NCBI GenBank assembly: GCA_035651755.1
Contig: DASRFA010000057.1
Span: forward strand, 52,054-116,053
Length of the DNA stretch: 64,000 nt
Direction of reading: 5' to 3'
Source: Candidatus Binatia bacterium
GTDB lineage: Bacteria > Desulfobacterota > Binatia > UBA12015
This document shows positions 40,824-49,846 of the stretch, piece by piece; the first letter of the stretch is position 1, and each line of letters begins with the position of its first letter. Position numbers and translations under genes: made by a program. The notes beneath the pieces are model-generated. The model worked only from the letters and a program-made list of their open reading frames with translations. It was not told the DNA's origin and made no database searches.

Positions 40824-41655
40824 GCGCGAGAAGCCGTCGAGACGCCCTTCCGAAAGGACGACTTCGCAACCGGAAGTCCAACATGGCTCGCCCTCCTGAC
40901 TCCGAGCCCCGGACCCGCCGTGGCAGGAACAGCAAAATCTGGTCCGAGACCGACCGACCGATCGGTCGTCGATTGGCCGTCGGCGACCATGCGGAACGGC
41001 CCGCAGAATTCGCCCGCACCAGCGGGGCGGATCGGCGCGAGCAGCGGGCGGACCGTGCGGCTGGGAGCGCGACCTGAGCAGCGCCGGTGCTGGTGCAGGA
41101 CCAGCGCGGGTGAGACCTGGTCGGCCGCCTCATGTGCCGTTGCCGCCTGGGTGACGTCGACTCGTAGCGCAGGGGTCCCGCGTCGATCGGGCCCCGGACG
41201 ATCTTCGTGCTCTCTTCGAGTGGACTTCTCACGACTGGCAAACCGATCCAGGCTGATTTCCCGGGCATGGGACGAGGCACGTCGTATGGGCAGACAAGGT
41301 TTCTCGGGGATGGCGAAGCTGACAAGCTCGTTGCACCCGTGCCCACCCACAGACGCGCGATCGGCGGGATGGATTCGTGCCGCCGCCGCAAGCAGGCGTA
41401 GGCTGGAAGGACGAGGTGACTCGGTCGTACGACGGCGAATCGAGCGCATGTGGAACTGGCCCGCTCGCTACGCCGCCGGCGTGCTCGGCGCGACTCTTCT
41501 CGCCTTGTTCCGCCGCTCCCGTGCCGACGACAGCCGCAGCCGAGGACGTGGAGGCACAGGCTCCGTTTCCCCGAGCGCTCGAGAGCCGACGCGCGGTCCG
41601 GCCGGGAGCGGACCGAGCTCCCGGCCGGTCGTCCGCGCGCGCCGGCCCGCGAGCG

Positions 41656-43779
41656 CTACCGCTTGCACGCCAGCGCGTCTCCCTGCTTGCTCAGCTTGCA
41701 GTCTTCCGGCGCGAACGCGCTCTCGCCGCACTCGCCGGCGACCGATGCCGCCTGGCCACCGAGGACGACGATCGCCTCGACCGGGACATCGGCGGCGAGC
41801 ACGGGATAGGTTCCCTTCACTCCCTTGACGGTGACCTTCACCTGGCCGGTCGCCTTCTTGCTGCGATCGGCGATCGTCATCCGGGTGATGCCGTCGAGCG
41901 GCGTTCCGGTCGTGTCCTGATAGGTCCACACGGTGCCTGGCCGGTTGATCTTCCAGCCGCGCGACCCGCCGCCCTCGTAGGCGCCGCCCGGCAGCGCCTG
42001 ATCGACGCGGATCGTCGCGCCGGCGCCGCGCAGTACGAGCCGCGCGCCGTTGCCGATCGGATCGAGCCCGGAGAAGCTCGACCCGGCGGGGAGCAGGAAG
42101 TCGCCGGGGAGCGCGAGCCCGTCGTCGCCCGGCGTCGCGTTCGTGTTGATCTTGACGAGCTTCAGCATCGACGTCTCCGAGCTCACGAAGTTCTGCGCGC
42201 CACCGGGGTTCGTGCAATCGTCGCGCGCGTCGCAGTCGCCGTCGCCGTCGCTGTCCGTCGCCGGTTCGTGCACGCACAGCCCGCTGCCGTTGCACACGTC
42301 GAGCGTGCAGGCATCCGAGTCGGCCGTGCACGGCGTCGAGCTGGCGGAGAACGCGTTCGCCGCGCAGGTCGCCGAATCGCCGCTGCACGTCTCGGCCGGG
42401 TCGCACTCGCCGCCGGCTGCCCTGCAGACCGTCGCCGCGCTCGCGAACGCGTCCGGCGGGCACGTCGTCGACGAGCCGGTGCAGGTCTCCGCTACGTCGC
42501 ATGCGCCGGCTGCGAGGCGGCAGACCGTGGTCGAGCTCTTGAGCGCGTCGCTCGGGCATTCGGCCGAGCTGCCGCTGCAGCTTTCCGCCTGATCGCACTC
42601 GCCTGCGGCCGCGCGGCACTCGGTTCCAGCGCTCGCGAAGCCGTCGCTCGGGCACGCTGGCGAGCTGCCCGTACAGCTCTCCGGCACGTCGCACGCGCCG
42701 GCCGCGGCTCGGCACTCGGTTCGAGCGCTCACGAAGCCGTCGCTCGGGCACGCCGCCGAGCCGCCGGTGCAGGTCTCGGCCACGTCACACACGCCGGCCG
42801 AGCTGCGACACACCGTCGACGGCCCTTTGAACGAGTCGCTCGGGCAGGAGGTCGAGCTGCCGTTGCAGGTCTCCGCGACGTCGCAGGCGCCCGCCGCAGC
42901 CCGGCATTCGGTGCCCGCACTCTTGACGAGGTCGCTCGGGCACGCCTTCGAGCTGCCGTTGCAAGTCTCCGCGACGTCGCAGGCGCCCGCCGCAGCCCGG
43001 CATTCGGTGCCCGCACTCTTGACGACGTCGCTCGGGCACGAGGTCGAGCTGCCGTCGCACGTCTCCGCGACGTCGCACACGCCGGACGCGGCGCGGCACT
43101 CGGTTCCGGCGCTCTTGACGACGTCGCTCGGGCACGACTTGGAGCCGCCGTCGCAGGTCTCGGCGACGTCGCAGACGCCAGCCGCCGCGCGGCACTGGGT
43201 GCCGGCAGCCGCGACACCGTCGCTCGGGCACGAGCCCGAGGTTCCGCTGCACGTTTCGGCGACGTCACACGCGCCACTCCCGCTGCGGCACAAGGTGCCG
43301 GCCGGCTGGAAAGCGTTCGCCGGGCACGCACCCGACGTTCCGTTGCAGGTCTCCGCGACGTCGCAAGTGCCGGATGCGGCGCGGCACACGGTTCCGGCCG
43401 CCAGCAGGGTATCGGCCGGGCAGGGCTCCCCGGCGACGCCGGTACACTTCTCGGCGGCGACGTCACAGGCTCCGGCCTTCGGACGGCAGACGGTGGTGGA
43501 AGGCGCGGTCCGTTCGTCGAGGGAACCGCAGATGCCGTCCGAGCACGTATCATCGGGGTCGCAGAGATCGCCCGAGCCCGCGCGACAGACGGTCCCGTCC
43601 TTCGCCGGATCGGGGAGGCAGACCGGCGGCGGTGGATTGACCCCGCAGTTGACCGTGCATCCCGTCAACTTCTCGCACGGGCCGCAGGACGCATCGGCAC
43701 GGCCGACGAGCACCAGAGAACCGAGCAGCATGCCCGTGAGCATGCCCAGACAAGCAGAAAAACGTCGTATCGGGTTCAT
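41656..43779 (-). CDS. Secreted protein with about 14 tandem Myxococcus-type cysteine-rich repeats (DUF4215-like) and a C-terminal beta-rich domain.
   Basis: A signal peptide; the repeat unit GTxCRxAxGxCDVAETCxGxSxxCPSD (33 aa) x14; the C-terminal region ...GARLVLRGAGATIRVD...KVTVKGVKGTYP. Confidence 0.8.
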   Translation of the reverse strand: MNPIRRFSACLGMLTGMLLGSLVLVGRADASCGPCEKLTGCTVNCGVNPPPPVCLPDPAKDGTVCRAGSGDLCDPDDTCSDGICGSLDERTAPSTTVCRPKAGACDVAAEKCTGVAGEPCPADTLLAAGTVCRAASGTCDVAETCNGTSGACPANAFQPAGTLCRSGSGACDVAETCSGTSGSCPSDGVAAAGTQCRAAAGVCDVAETCDGGSKSCPSDVVKSAGTECRAASGVCDVAETCDGSSTSCPSDVVKSAGTECRAAAGACDVAETCNGSSKACPSDLVKSAGTECRAAAGACDVAETCNGSSTSCPSDSFKGPSTVCRSSAGVCDVAETCTGGSAACPSDGFVSARTECRAAAGACDVPESCTGSSPACPSDGFASAGTECRAAAGECDQAESCSGSSAECPSDALKSSTTVCRLAAGACDVAETCTGSSTTCPPDAFASAATVCRAAGGECDPAETCSGDSATCAANAFSASSTPCTADSDACTLDVCNGSGLCVHEPATDSDGDGDCDARDDCTNPGGAQNFVSSETSMLKLVKINTNATPGDDGLALPGDFLLPAGSSFSGLDPIGNGARLVLRGAGATIRVDQALPGGAYEGGGSRGWKINRPGTVWTYQDTTGTPLDGITRMTIADRSKKATGQVKVTVKGVKGTYPVLAADVPVEAIVVLGGQAASVAGECGESAFAPEDCKLSKQGDALACKR
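42340..43400. repeat. Tandem 99-bp coding repeats (the Cys-rich repeat array), including two adjacent near-identical units at 42870-43067.
   Basis: GTCTCCGCGACGTCGCAGGCGCCCGCCGCAGCCCGGCATTCGGTGCCCGCACTCTTGACGA... occurs twice in succession with only a few mismatches. Confidence 0.75.
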
Positions 43780-43935
43780 GGCTTCCTCCTGGGAGCAGCG
43801 CCGGGGAACGCCTCGGCTGCTCGACCCGATAGCCGGCTCGCGGGAGCACCCTCCATCAGACGAATTCCGAATCTGATGTCGGACTCCGTCCTACCCCGGA
43901 GCCCATCGCGCTCGCGATGGAGCCGGTCGCTCGCC

Positions 43936-44571
43936 TCAGGGGAGGAGTCGGTGCGCGACGACGTACTTGATGGCCTGCGAGTTGTTCTCGAGGCCGAGCT
44001 TCTCGAGCATGCGGGCGCGGTAGGTGCTGACCGTCTTGACGCTCAGGCAGAGCCGCTCGGCGATCTGCGTCACCGTCGCGCCCGACCCGATCAGGCACAG
44101 CACCTCGAACTCGCGATCGGACAGCGCCTCGTGCCGCGCCGCTTTGTCCGCGACGATCGCCGCCCCGAACACGTGATCCGCGATCGAACGCGAGACGTAG
44201 CGCCGGCCCGCAGCGACCGATTCGATGGCCTGGACGATCTCTTCGGCGGCGCTCTGCTTGGTGACGTAGCCGAGCGCGCCGGCGCGCAGTGCACGGAGGC
44301 AATACTCGCGATCGTCGTACATGCTGAACACGACGACCGGCAGGCGCGGGCGCTCGCCCCGGATGAGCTTGAGCGCCTCGATGCCGCTCATGTCGGGCAG
44401 CGAGAGGTCCATGACGACGGCGTCGAGCGGCTGCTCGAGCGCCTTGCGGACGCCTTCGCGCGCGGTCGCGGCCTCCGCCACGACGACCGCGCGCCTCGAC
44501 GCGGTCAGAACGGTTCTGAGCCCGTCGCGTACGACGGCGTGGTCGTCGATCAAGAGGACCCGGAGGCTCAT
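43936..44571 (-). CDS. NarL/FixJ-family (LuxR-type HTH) response regulator, copy A.
   Basis: REC domain (LLIDDHAVVRDGL, the DAVVMDLSLPDMSG Asp pocket) and a LuxR HTH (LSDREFEVLCLIGSGATVTQIAERLCLSVKTVSTYR). Confidence 0.85.
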   Translation of the reverse strand: MSLRVLLIDDHAVVRDGLRTVLTASRRAVVVAEAATAREGVRKALEQPLDAVVMDLSLPDMSGIEALKLIRGERPRLPVVVFSMYDDREYCLRALRAGALGYVTKQSAAEEIVQAIESVAAGRRYVSRSIADHVFGAAIVADKAARHEALSDREFEVLCLIGSGATVTQIAERLCLSVKTVSTYRARMLEKLGLENNSQAIKYVVAHRLLP

Positions 44572-44742
44572 GGACGGGGGTGGCTCACGGTGGTGTATGG
44601 GCGACTCCCGGCCCTCCGCGCCGGTCGCCGCGTGGCTCGACCTACCGGCTCAATACCCCCACCCGTCCCAAGCGCCCATCGGACGAACTCCGATTTTGTC
44701 GTCGGGGTTCGTCCTACGCAGAGCAGACGGACGCGCGGCGCT

Positions 44743-45384
44743 TCAGCGAACGAGCGAGTGCTCGACGACGTACTTGATCGCCTGCGAGTTGTTCTCGAGG
44801 CGGAGCTTCTCGAGCAGGCGCGCGCGATACGTGCTGACCGTCTTCACGCTGAGACACAGGCGCTCGGCGATCTGGGTCACCGTGGCCCCGGAGCCGATCA
44901 GGCAGAGCACCTCGAACTCGCGGTCCGAAAGCGCCTCGTGCGGCGCCGCGCCGTCGGCGTTGCCGCCGATCGCCGCTCCGAACAGGTGGTCGGCGATCGA
45001 GGGCGAGACGTAGCGCCGGCCCACCGCGACCGTCTGGATCGCCTGGACGATTTCCTCGGCGGCGCTCTGCTTGGTGACGTAGCCGAGCGCGCCGGCGCGG
45101 AGCGCGCGTAGACACGATTCGCGGTCGGCGTGCATGCTGAAGATGATCACCGGCAGGCGCGGCCGGTGCTCGCGGATCTGCTTCACCGCCTCGATGCCGC
45201 TCATGTCGGGCAGCGAGAGGTCGAGGACGACCGCGTCGAACGGCTGCTCGATCGCCTTGCGAATCCCCTCGCGTGCGGTGGACGCCTCGTCCTCGACCTG
45301 GAACCGCTTGGAGGCGATCAGCACGGTGCGCAGACCGTCACGCACGACGGCGTGATCGTCGATCAACAGGACGCGCAGCTTCAT
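44743..45384 (-). CDS. NarL/FixJ-family response regulator, copy B. It is the tandem paralog of copy A.
   Basis: About 80% identical to copy A at the protein level. The 3' flanks are also similar (ACGAATTCCGAATCTGATGTCGGACTCCGTCCTACCC versus ACGAACTCCGATTTTGTCGTCGGGGTTCGTCCTACGC). The start overlaps the stop of the kinase gene. Confidence 0.85.
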   Translation of the reverse strand: MKLRVLLIDDHAVVRDGLRTVLIASKRFQVEDEASTAREGIRKAIEQPFDAVVLDLSLPDMSGIEAVKQIREHRPRLPVIIFSMHADRESCLRALRAGALGYVTKQSAAEEIVQAIQTVAVGRRYVSPSIADHLFGAAIGGNADGAAPHEALSDREFEVLCLIGSGATVTQIAERLCLSVKTVSTYRARLLEKLRLENNSQAIKYVVEHSLVR

Positions 45385-46964
45385 GTCCAACCTCCGCCCG
45401 CGTGTCGCGGGATCGCGAGCCGCACGATCGTCCCACGCTCGGGAAGCGACCCGACGCGGAGGGTACCGTTGAGGAGCGCCGCGCGCTCGCCCATCCCGCG
45501 CAGGCCGAACGATTCCTTGGCGTCGCCGATGCCGCGGCCGTCGTCCGCGACCGAGAGCTCGACCGAGTCGTCGCCGGTCGACAGCCGCACGACCACCTCG
45601 GTCGCGTGCGCATGGCGCGCGACGTTGGTCAGCGACTCCTGGGCGATCCGGAAGACCGCGGTGACCTCTTCCGGCGACAGCTCCGGCTCGATCTCCGGGA
45701 CGTCGAGCTCGCAGCGAATTCCCGTCCGGCTGACGAACGAGTCGGCCTGCACGCGCAGCGCCGCGAGCAGGCCGAGGTCGTCGAGGATCGGCGGGTGGAG
45801 CCGGTGGATCATCCCGTGGACCGACTTCATCGCCTCCTCGATCTCGCGGACGCAGGTGCGCATCGTTCCGGTTGCGTCGTCGCGCGAGGTGTCGGGGCTC
45901 CAGATCAGGCCGACCAGGCGGAGCTTGATGCCGGTGAGCGCCTGGCCGAGCTCGTCGTGGAGCTCGCGCGCGATGCGCCGGCGCTCTTCCTCGCGCGCCG
46001 CCTGGATGCTGCGGGCGAGCTCGCGCATGCGGGCGGCCGCCGCGAACTCCTTCTCCGCCGTCACGTCCTGGGACAGCCGCGCGACGCGCTTGGTGCGGCC
46101 CTCGACGTCGCGGATCGGAAAGACGTAGTCGTGGATCCAGCGGGTTCCGCCGTCGGGATGAACGAGCCGGTACTCGCAGTCGAAGTCGCCGCGCGCAATG
46201 CCGGCGCGAAAGCGCGCCTCGACCGCGGGTCGGTCGTCTGGGTGGAGCGCATCGAGCCAGGCGTCCGGGCGGTCCTGCAGCTCGCCCCGGTCGCGCGCCC
46301 AAACCGCGTCGTAGCGCGGGCTCACGTACAGGAACGACTCCCCCCAATCGCCCACCTCGTTCAGCCACAGCACGCCATTGATGTGCTCGGCGACCTGCCG
46401 GAGCCGCTCCATGTTCTCGCGAAAGAACATCAGGCTGTGCCACGACTCGCGGCGGTGGCGCTCGTGCTCGAAGGCGATCAGCGCCGAGGTGAAGAGCATC
46501 ACCACCAGGATGGTCGGCAAGAAGACCGCCTTGTCGGCCGAGCCGTAGACCATGCCGGGAATCGCGCCGAACAGCACGATTCCGGAAGCCGCGATGAGCT
46601 GCGCCTTCCGGCCCCACGGCACGAGGCCGGCAACGCTCGTCATGAGCAGCCCGCACAGAATCGCGGCGCTCCAGTCCTCATGGACCAGGAGCGACGAGAC
46701 GGCGATCACGGCCGCCATCGTGATGGCGGCGGCGACCATGGCGCAGATGAGCCGGCGCTGCGAAGAGGTGTCCGTCAGCCGCCACAGCCACACACCCACC
46801 GCGACGAGGACGATCTTGACGGAATAGAGCTGCCAGAGGACGTCCGGATGGATCGCCGGGTCGACCACCGCCGCCAGGCCGAAGAGCACCAGCAGGACGA
46901 GCACCACTCCGATGCGCGCGCGCCGCCGGAGGTCGATCAAGTCCTGCTCTCGGCGACGCCGCAT
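45381..46964 (-). CDS. Sensor histidine kinase (NarX-like, HisKA_3 plus HATPase) with a membrane N-terminus and a PAS-like region.
   Basis: TM segments; the PAS-like region LNEVGDWGESFLYVSPRYDAVW...CEYRLVHPDGGTRWIHD; the H-box ARELHDELGQALTGIKL; HATPase motifs NVARHAHATEV...DDGRGIG...GLRGMGERA. The start is taken at MRRRREQ. Confidence 0.75.
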   Translation of the reverse strand: MRRRREQDLIDLRRRARIGVVLVLLVLFGLAAVVDPAIHPDVLWQLYSVKIVLVAVGVWLWRLTDTSSQRRLICAMVAAAITMAAVIAVSSLLVHEDWSAAILCGLLMTSVAGLVPWGRKAQLIAASGIVLFGAIPGMVYGSADKAVFLPTILVVMLFTSALIAFEHERHRRESWHSLMFFRENMERLRQVAEHINGVLWLNEVGDWGESFLYVSPRYDAVWARDRGELQDRPDAWLDALHPDDRPAVEARFRAGIARGDFDCEYRLVHPDGGTRWIHDYVFPIRDVEGRTKRVARLSQDVTAEKEFAAAARMRELARSIQAAREEERRRIARELHDELGQALTGIKLRLVGLIWSPDTSRDDATGTMRTCVREIEEAMKSVHGMIHRLHPPILDDLGLLAALRVQADSFVSRTGIRCELDVPEIEPELSPEEVTAVFRIAQESLTNVARHAHATEVVVRLSTGDDSVELSVADDGRGIGDAKESFGLRGMGERAALLNGTLRVGSLPERGTIVRLAIPRHAGGGWT

Positions 46965-47224
46965 GACGGCGTCGCCGACGCCGCCGGGTGTCCGGAAGTC
47001 CGCGCGGATCGGCAACGTATCGGCTTCGCCCCACAGGGCGGCGAGACTGGACTTTCCGCGAGACCAAAGAGCCGCTGGAGACATCGAGGATGGCCCGGAC
47101 ACCATCGTGCCAGCGGCTCCTCCGTGGTCAAGAGGAAAAGACGTCTGGGTAGTGCCTCAGTTTGATTCCGCGCGCCCCGCGCGCCGGTCGCACGACCGTT
47201 GAGCGGCCGTGCTATCCTCCGTCC

Positions 47225-47452
47225 ATGCCACGAGGCCCGAAGGGCGAGCGCCGACCCGCCGACGTGATCGGGAACGCGGTCCATGTCATGCGGATCGCGA
47301 CCGGCGAGGTCGAGGACGTGAAGAACGATCCCGCGAAGGAGCACATGCGGCGGGGCGGGCTCGCTGGCGGGAAAGCGCGCGCGCAGAAGCTCTCGAAGGC
47401 CAAGCGAACGGCTATTGCCAAGAAAGCCGCGCGGGCGCGCTGGGCCCGCTAG
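47225..47452 (+). CDS. Small basic protein (75 aa) carrying the GGKARA...LS...R..IA.KAA.ARW motif. It is a passenger of the IS.
   Basis: MPRGPKGERRP...RRGGLAGGKARAQKLSKAKRTAIAKKAARARWAR. The same motif is at the N-terminus of the neighbouring convergent gene. Confidence 0.5.
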   Translation: MPRGPKGERRPADVIGNAVHVMRIATGEVEDVKNDPAKEHMRRGGLAGGKARAQKLSKAKRTAIAKKAARARWAR

Positions 47453-48501
47453 AGTCCCCGCCCGTCGTCCTCGTCCTTCTGGTAGTCGAACGACAACTGG
47501 TAATTTCGCGGCGGATGGATGCGATCCAGCTTGTCCATGAAGTCGTGCCAGGACTGGCTCAGCTTCATCATCGTCACGACCGACCCGAGGTGCTCACGCA
47601 GCTTGGGGTATCCAACGTTCGAGGTCAGCCGCTGAAACAGCTTGTCCTTGTGGCGCCCCGATTCGAGCTTCGGGGTCACTCGCTTCAGCTCCTCTAAGAC
47701 GCCCGGGGCGAGCCGCTTGTACACGATGTTGTTCGTCAGGACGCCGAAGTACTGCGGGCGCCTTACGCTGCCGGTCGGGTAGGTCAGGCCGCGGAGGCGG
47801 AACATCTCCTCGTAGTAGTCGCCGGGGAAGGTTCGCACGTAGGGTTGCAACTCCTTGGCGATGAACGCTTCGAGGATCTTCGCCAGGGCGTCTCGCGCCC
47901 GGTCCCGCTGGTAGCCGGTAGCCTCGTCGACAAGCGCGATGATCCCGACGGTGGCGAAACCGTGCTGGAGGATGGCACAGCGCTCGGCAAGCCCTTCGAG
48001 CCGCTTACCCAGCATTCCGAGCCGACCGGCCTCAATGAGAACGGCACAAATGTCGGGAAGAATCGTGGCCTCGTAGCCATCGGCCGGGTTGCCGCCGTGC
48101 GGCGGGATGAACCGAATCGGAGAATTCGCGCGCGCGATTAAGTCCTTGATATCTATGCCTTTTCCGGCGAGTTTGGCCATCAAATCGGCGATTTTGCGCG
48201 CGCCGCCTTTTCGACCACCCTCAGACAGCCCGATGCCGCTTTGCAGGCCACGTTGCGATAGAACGCGCCGGCCGTCCGCAAGCACGTAGCAGCCAATCTC
48301 GATGTCCCCGATGCGTAGCGGGTCGTCCGGCGATCCGTGCGTGGCAGTTTGGATCGGCCCCGCCCATCGCGAGGTAGCCGCCTTACGGGCAATCGCCGTC
48401 CGCTCCTCTGGGGAAAGCGCCTGAGCCCGCGCATAACCGCCGACCGCCTTGCTCGCGTCCTTGCCCGCCTCATCAAACCCGTCAGTCGCCGCGTCATCCA
48501 T
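47449..48501 (-). CDS. P63C-domain-like phage-associated protein (350 aa). It is a passenger of the IS.
   Basis: The N-terminal motif VGGYARAQALSPEERTAIARKAATSRWAG, then the conserved region GDIEIGCYVLADGRRVLSQRGLQSGIGL...IRFIPPHGGNPADGYEATILPDICAVLIEAGR... A GGAGGA Shine-Dalgarno sequence precedes it. The P63C assignment is from memory of the family and should be confirmed. Confidence 0.65.
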   Translation of the reverse strand: MDDAATDGFDEAGKDASKAVGGYARAQALSPEERTAIARKAATSRWAGPIQTATHGSPDDPLRIGDIEIGCYVLADGRRVLSQRGLQSGIGLSEGGRKGGARKIADLMAKLAGKGIDIKDLIARANSPIRFIPPHGGNPADGYEATILPDICAVLIEAGRLGMLGKRLEGLAERCAILQHGFATVGIIALVDEATGYQRDRARDALAKILEAFIAKELQPYVRTFPGDYYEEMFRLRGLTYPTGSVRRPQYFGVLTNNIVYKRLAPGVLEELKRVTPKLESGRHKDKLFQRLTSNVGYPKLREHLGSVVTMMKLSQSWHDFMDKLDRIHPPRNYQLSFDYQKDEDDGRGL

Positions 48502-48574
48502 GCCTGCATCCTCCGAGACCCGTTGCTTGCATTTCTGGTCGTGGAATGCAAGCAGCGGCGGCATCGATGCGTGC

Positions 48575-48585
48575 AAATTGCGGGC
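48575..48585. repeat. Homopolymeric G11 tract in the divergent promoter region between the P63C-like gene and the transposase gene.
   Basis: GCGGGCGGGGGGGGGGGCCGGGCGG, about 27-37 nt upstream of the transposase ATG. Confidence 0.8.
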
Positions 48586-48611
48586 GGGGGGGGGGGCCGG
48601 GCGGAAATAGG

Positions 48612-49562
48612 ATGAACAAAATCCTTGACACTCAAGCAGCAGTTTCATATTATTCCTGCGTGAACAAGCTGCCCGCCGGGAAGCGCGCTCAGATCCTCTC
48701 GATGCTGGTCGAGGGGTCCTCCATGCGCTCAATCTCCCGCGTGGTCGACGTCTCGATCAACACCGTCGACCGCTACCTGATCCTGGCCGGCGAGGCGTGC
48801 GCTGCGTTCCACGACCGCACCGTGCGGAACGTCCGCGCCCAGCGCGTCCAGTGCGACGAGATTTGGTCCTTCTGCGGGATGAAGGAGAAGGCCGCGAAGG
48901 CGAAGGGCAGCGAGCGCCCGGAGGGCGTCGGCGACGTCTGGACATGGACCGCGATCGACGCCGACCACAAGCTCATCATCGCGTGGCTCGTCGGCGGGCG
49001 CGATGCCGGATACGCCTACGAGTTCATGCTCGACGTCGCGGGTCGGCTCGCGAACCGCGTCCAGCTCACGACGGACGGGCACGGTGCGTACCTCGCGACG
49101 GTCCCCGACGCCTTCGGCTTCGACGTCGACTTCGCGCAACTCGTGAAGGTCTACGGCCCCGATCCCCGCGAGGACCAGCGCCGCTACTCACCGGCTCAGT
49201 GCCTCGGAGCCGAGAAGCACCGGGTGATCGGCCATCCCGACCCCGAGCACATCAGCACGAGCTACGTCGAGCGGAGCAACCTGACGCTCAGGATGGCGAA
49301 TCGACGCTTCACGAGGCTCACCAACGCCTTCTCGAAGAAGCTGGCTAACCACTGCCACATGATCGCGCTCTACACGGTCTGGTACAACTTCGTGAAGATG
49401 CACAAGGCGGTTCGGATGACGCCCGCCCTCGCCGCGAACGTGACCGACCGGCTCTGGTCCATGGACGATCTGGTCGCCCTGGTGGACGAGCACGACGCCG
49501 CACGGCCGCGTCAGAAGCCGGGACGGAAGCCGAAGGCGGCGGCGGCCGGCGAATCAAACTGA
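48612..49562 (+). CDS. IS1-family transposase (fused InsA-like HTH plus InsB-like DDE).
   Basis: N-terminal HTH (ILSMLVEGSSMRSISRVVDVSINTVDRY). InsB-like motifs DEIWSFCG, WTWTAIDADHKLIIAW, LTTDGHGAY, YVERSNLTLRMANRRFTRLTNAFSKKLANHCHMIALYTVWYNFVKMH. Confidence 0.8.
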   Translation: MNKILDTQAAVSYYSCVNKLPAGKRAQILSMLVEGSSMRSISRVVDVSINTVDRYLILAGEACAAFHDRTVRNVRAQRVQCDEIWSFCGMKEKAAKAKGSERPEGVGDVWTWTAIDADHKLIIAWLVGGRDAGYAYEFMLDVAGRLANRVQLTTDGHGAYLATVPDAFGFDVDFAQLVKVYGPDPREDQRRYSPAQCLGAEKHRVIGHPDPEHISTSYVERSNLTLRMANRRFTRLTNAFSKKLANHCHMIALYTVWYNFVKMHKAVRMTPALAANVTDRLWSMDDLVALVDEHDAARPRQKPGRKPKAAAAGESN

Positions 49563-49846
49563 GGCACTACCGACGTCTGCTATAGGCATCGATAGCGCCA
49601 TGCCAGCCGCCACGTCGTCTGTGGCCGCCGCACGTCGTCATCCAAAAGAATAGTGCAGCCCGCGAGCTCGGCCCACCGGAGCGAGCACGTAGGAGACGAC
49701 CGGACGGCGGCCGGGCGATCTGTCCTACACGCGAATCCGCGTCCGTCCGACATACACGGCCCCGGAACCCGACTACGAAGCGCGCATCGATCCGGTCGCT
49801 GCTCCGCCTCGGCGGCTCGGCAGGCCGGCTCCACGAGGAGACCGAC

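Larger units (their letters stand above)
47148..49571. mobile_element. Complete IS1-family insertion sequence of 2.4 kb carrying passenger genes, with 21-bp perfect terminal inverted repeats and an 8-bp target-site duplication.
   Basis: IRL GGTAGTGCCTCAGTTTGATTC (47148-47168) and IRR GAATCAAACTGAGGCACTACC (49551-49571) are exact reverse complements. Both ends are directly flanked by GACGTCTG (47140-47147 and 49572-49579). The transposase stop lies inside IRR. Confidence 0.75.

Noticed and set aside
42300-43500. A tandem repeat array considered as a possible CRISPR locus.
   Set aside because: The units are 99 bp, contiguous with no unique spacers, and translate in frame into Cys-rich protein repeats. 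They are coding tandem repeats, not CRISPR. No CRISPR array was found anywhere in the window.
41377-45111. A 1244-aa plus-strand ORF.
   Set aside because: Antisense to the Cys-rich repeat gene and both response regulators. It has a low-complexity Ala/Arg/Gly composition.
49551-49700. Possible additional att-like match (CGGCCCAC) near 49.67 kb.
   Set aside because: Only 8 nt are shared with the tRNA-Lys 3' end, which is not significant.
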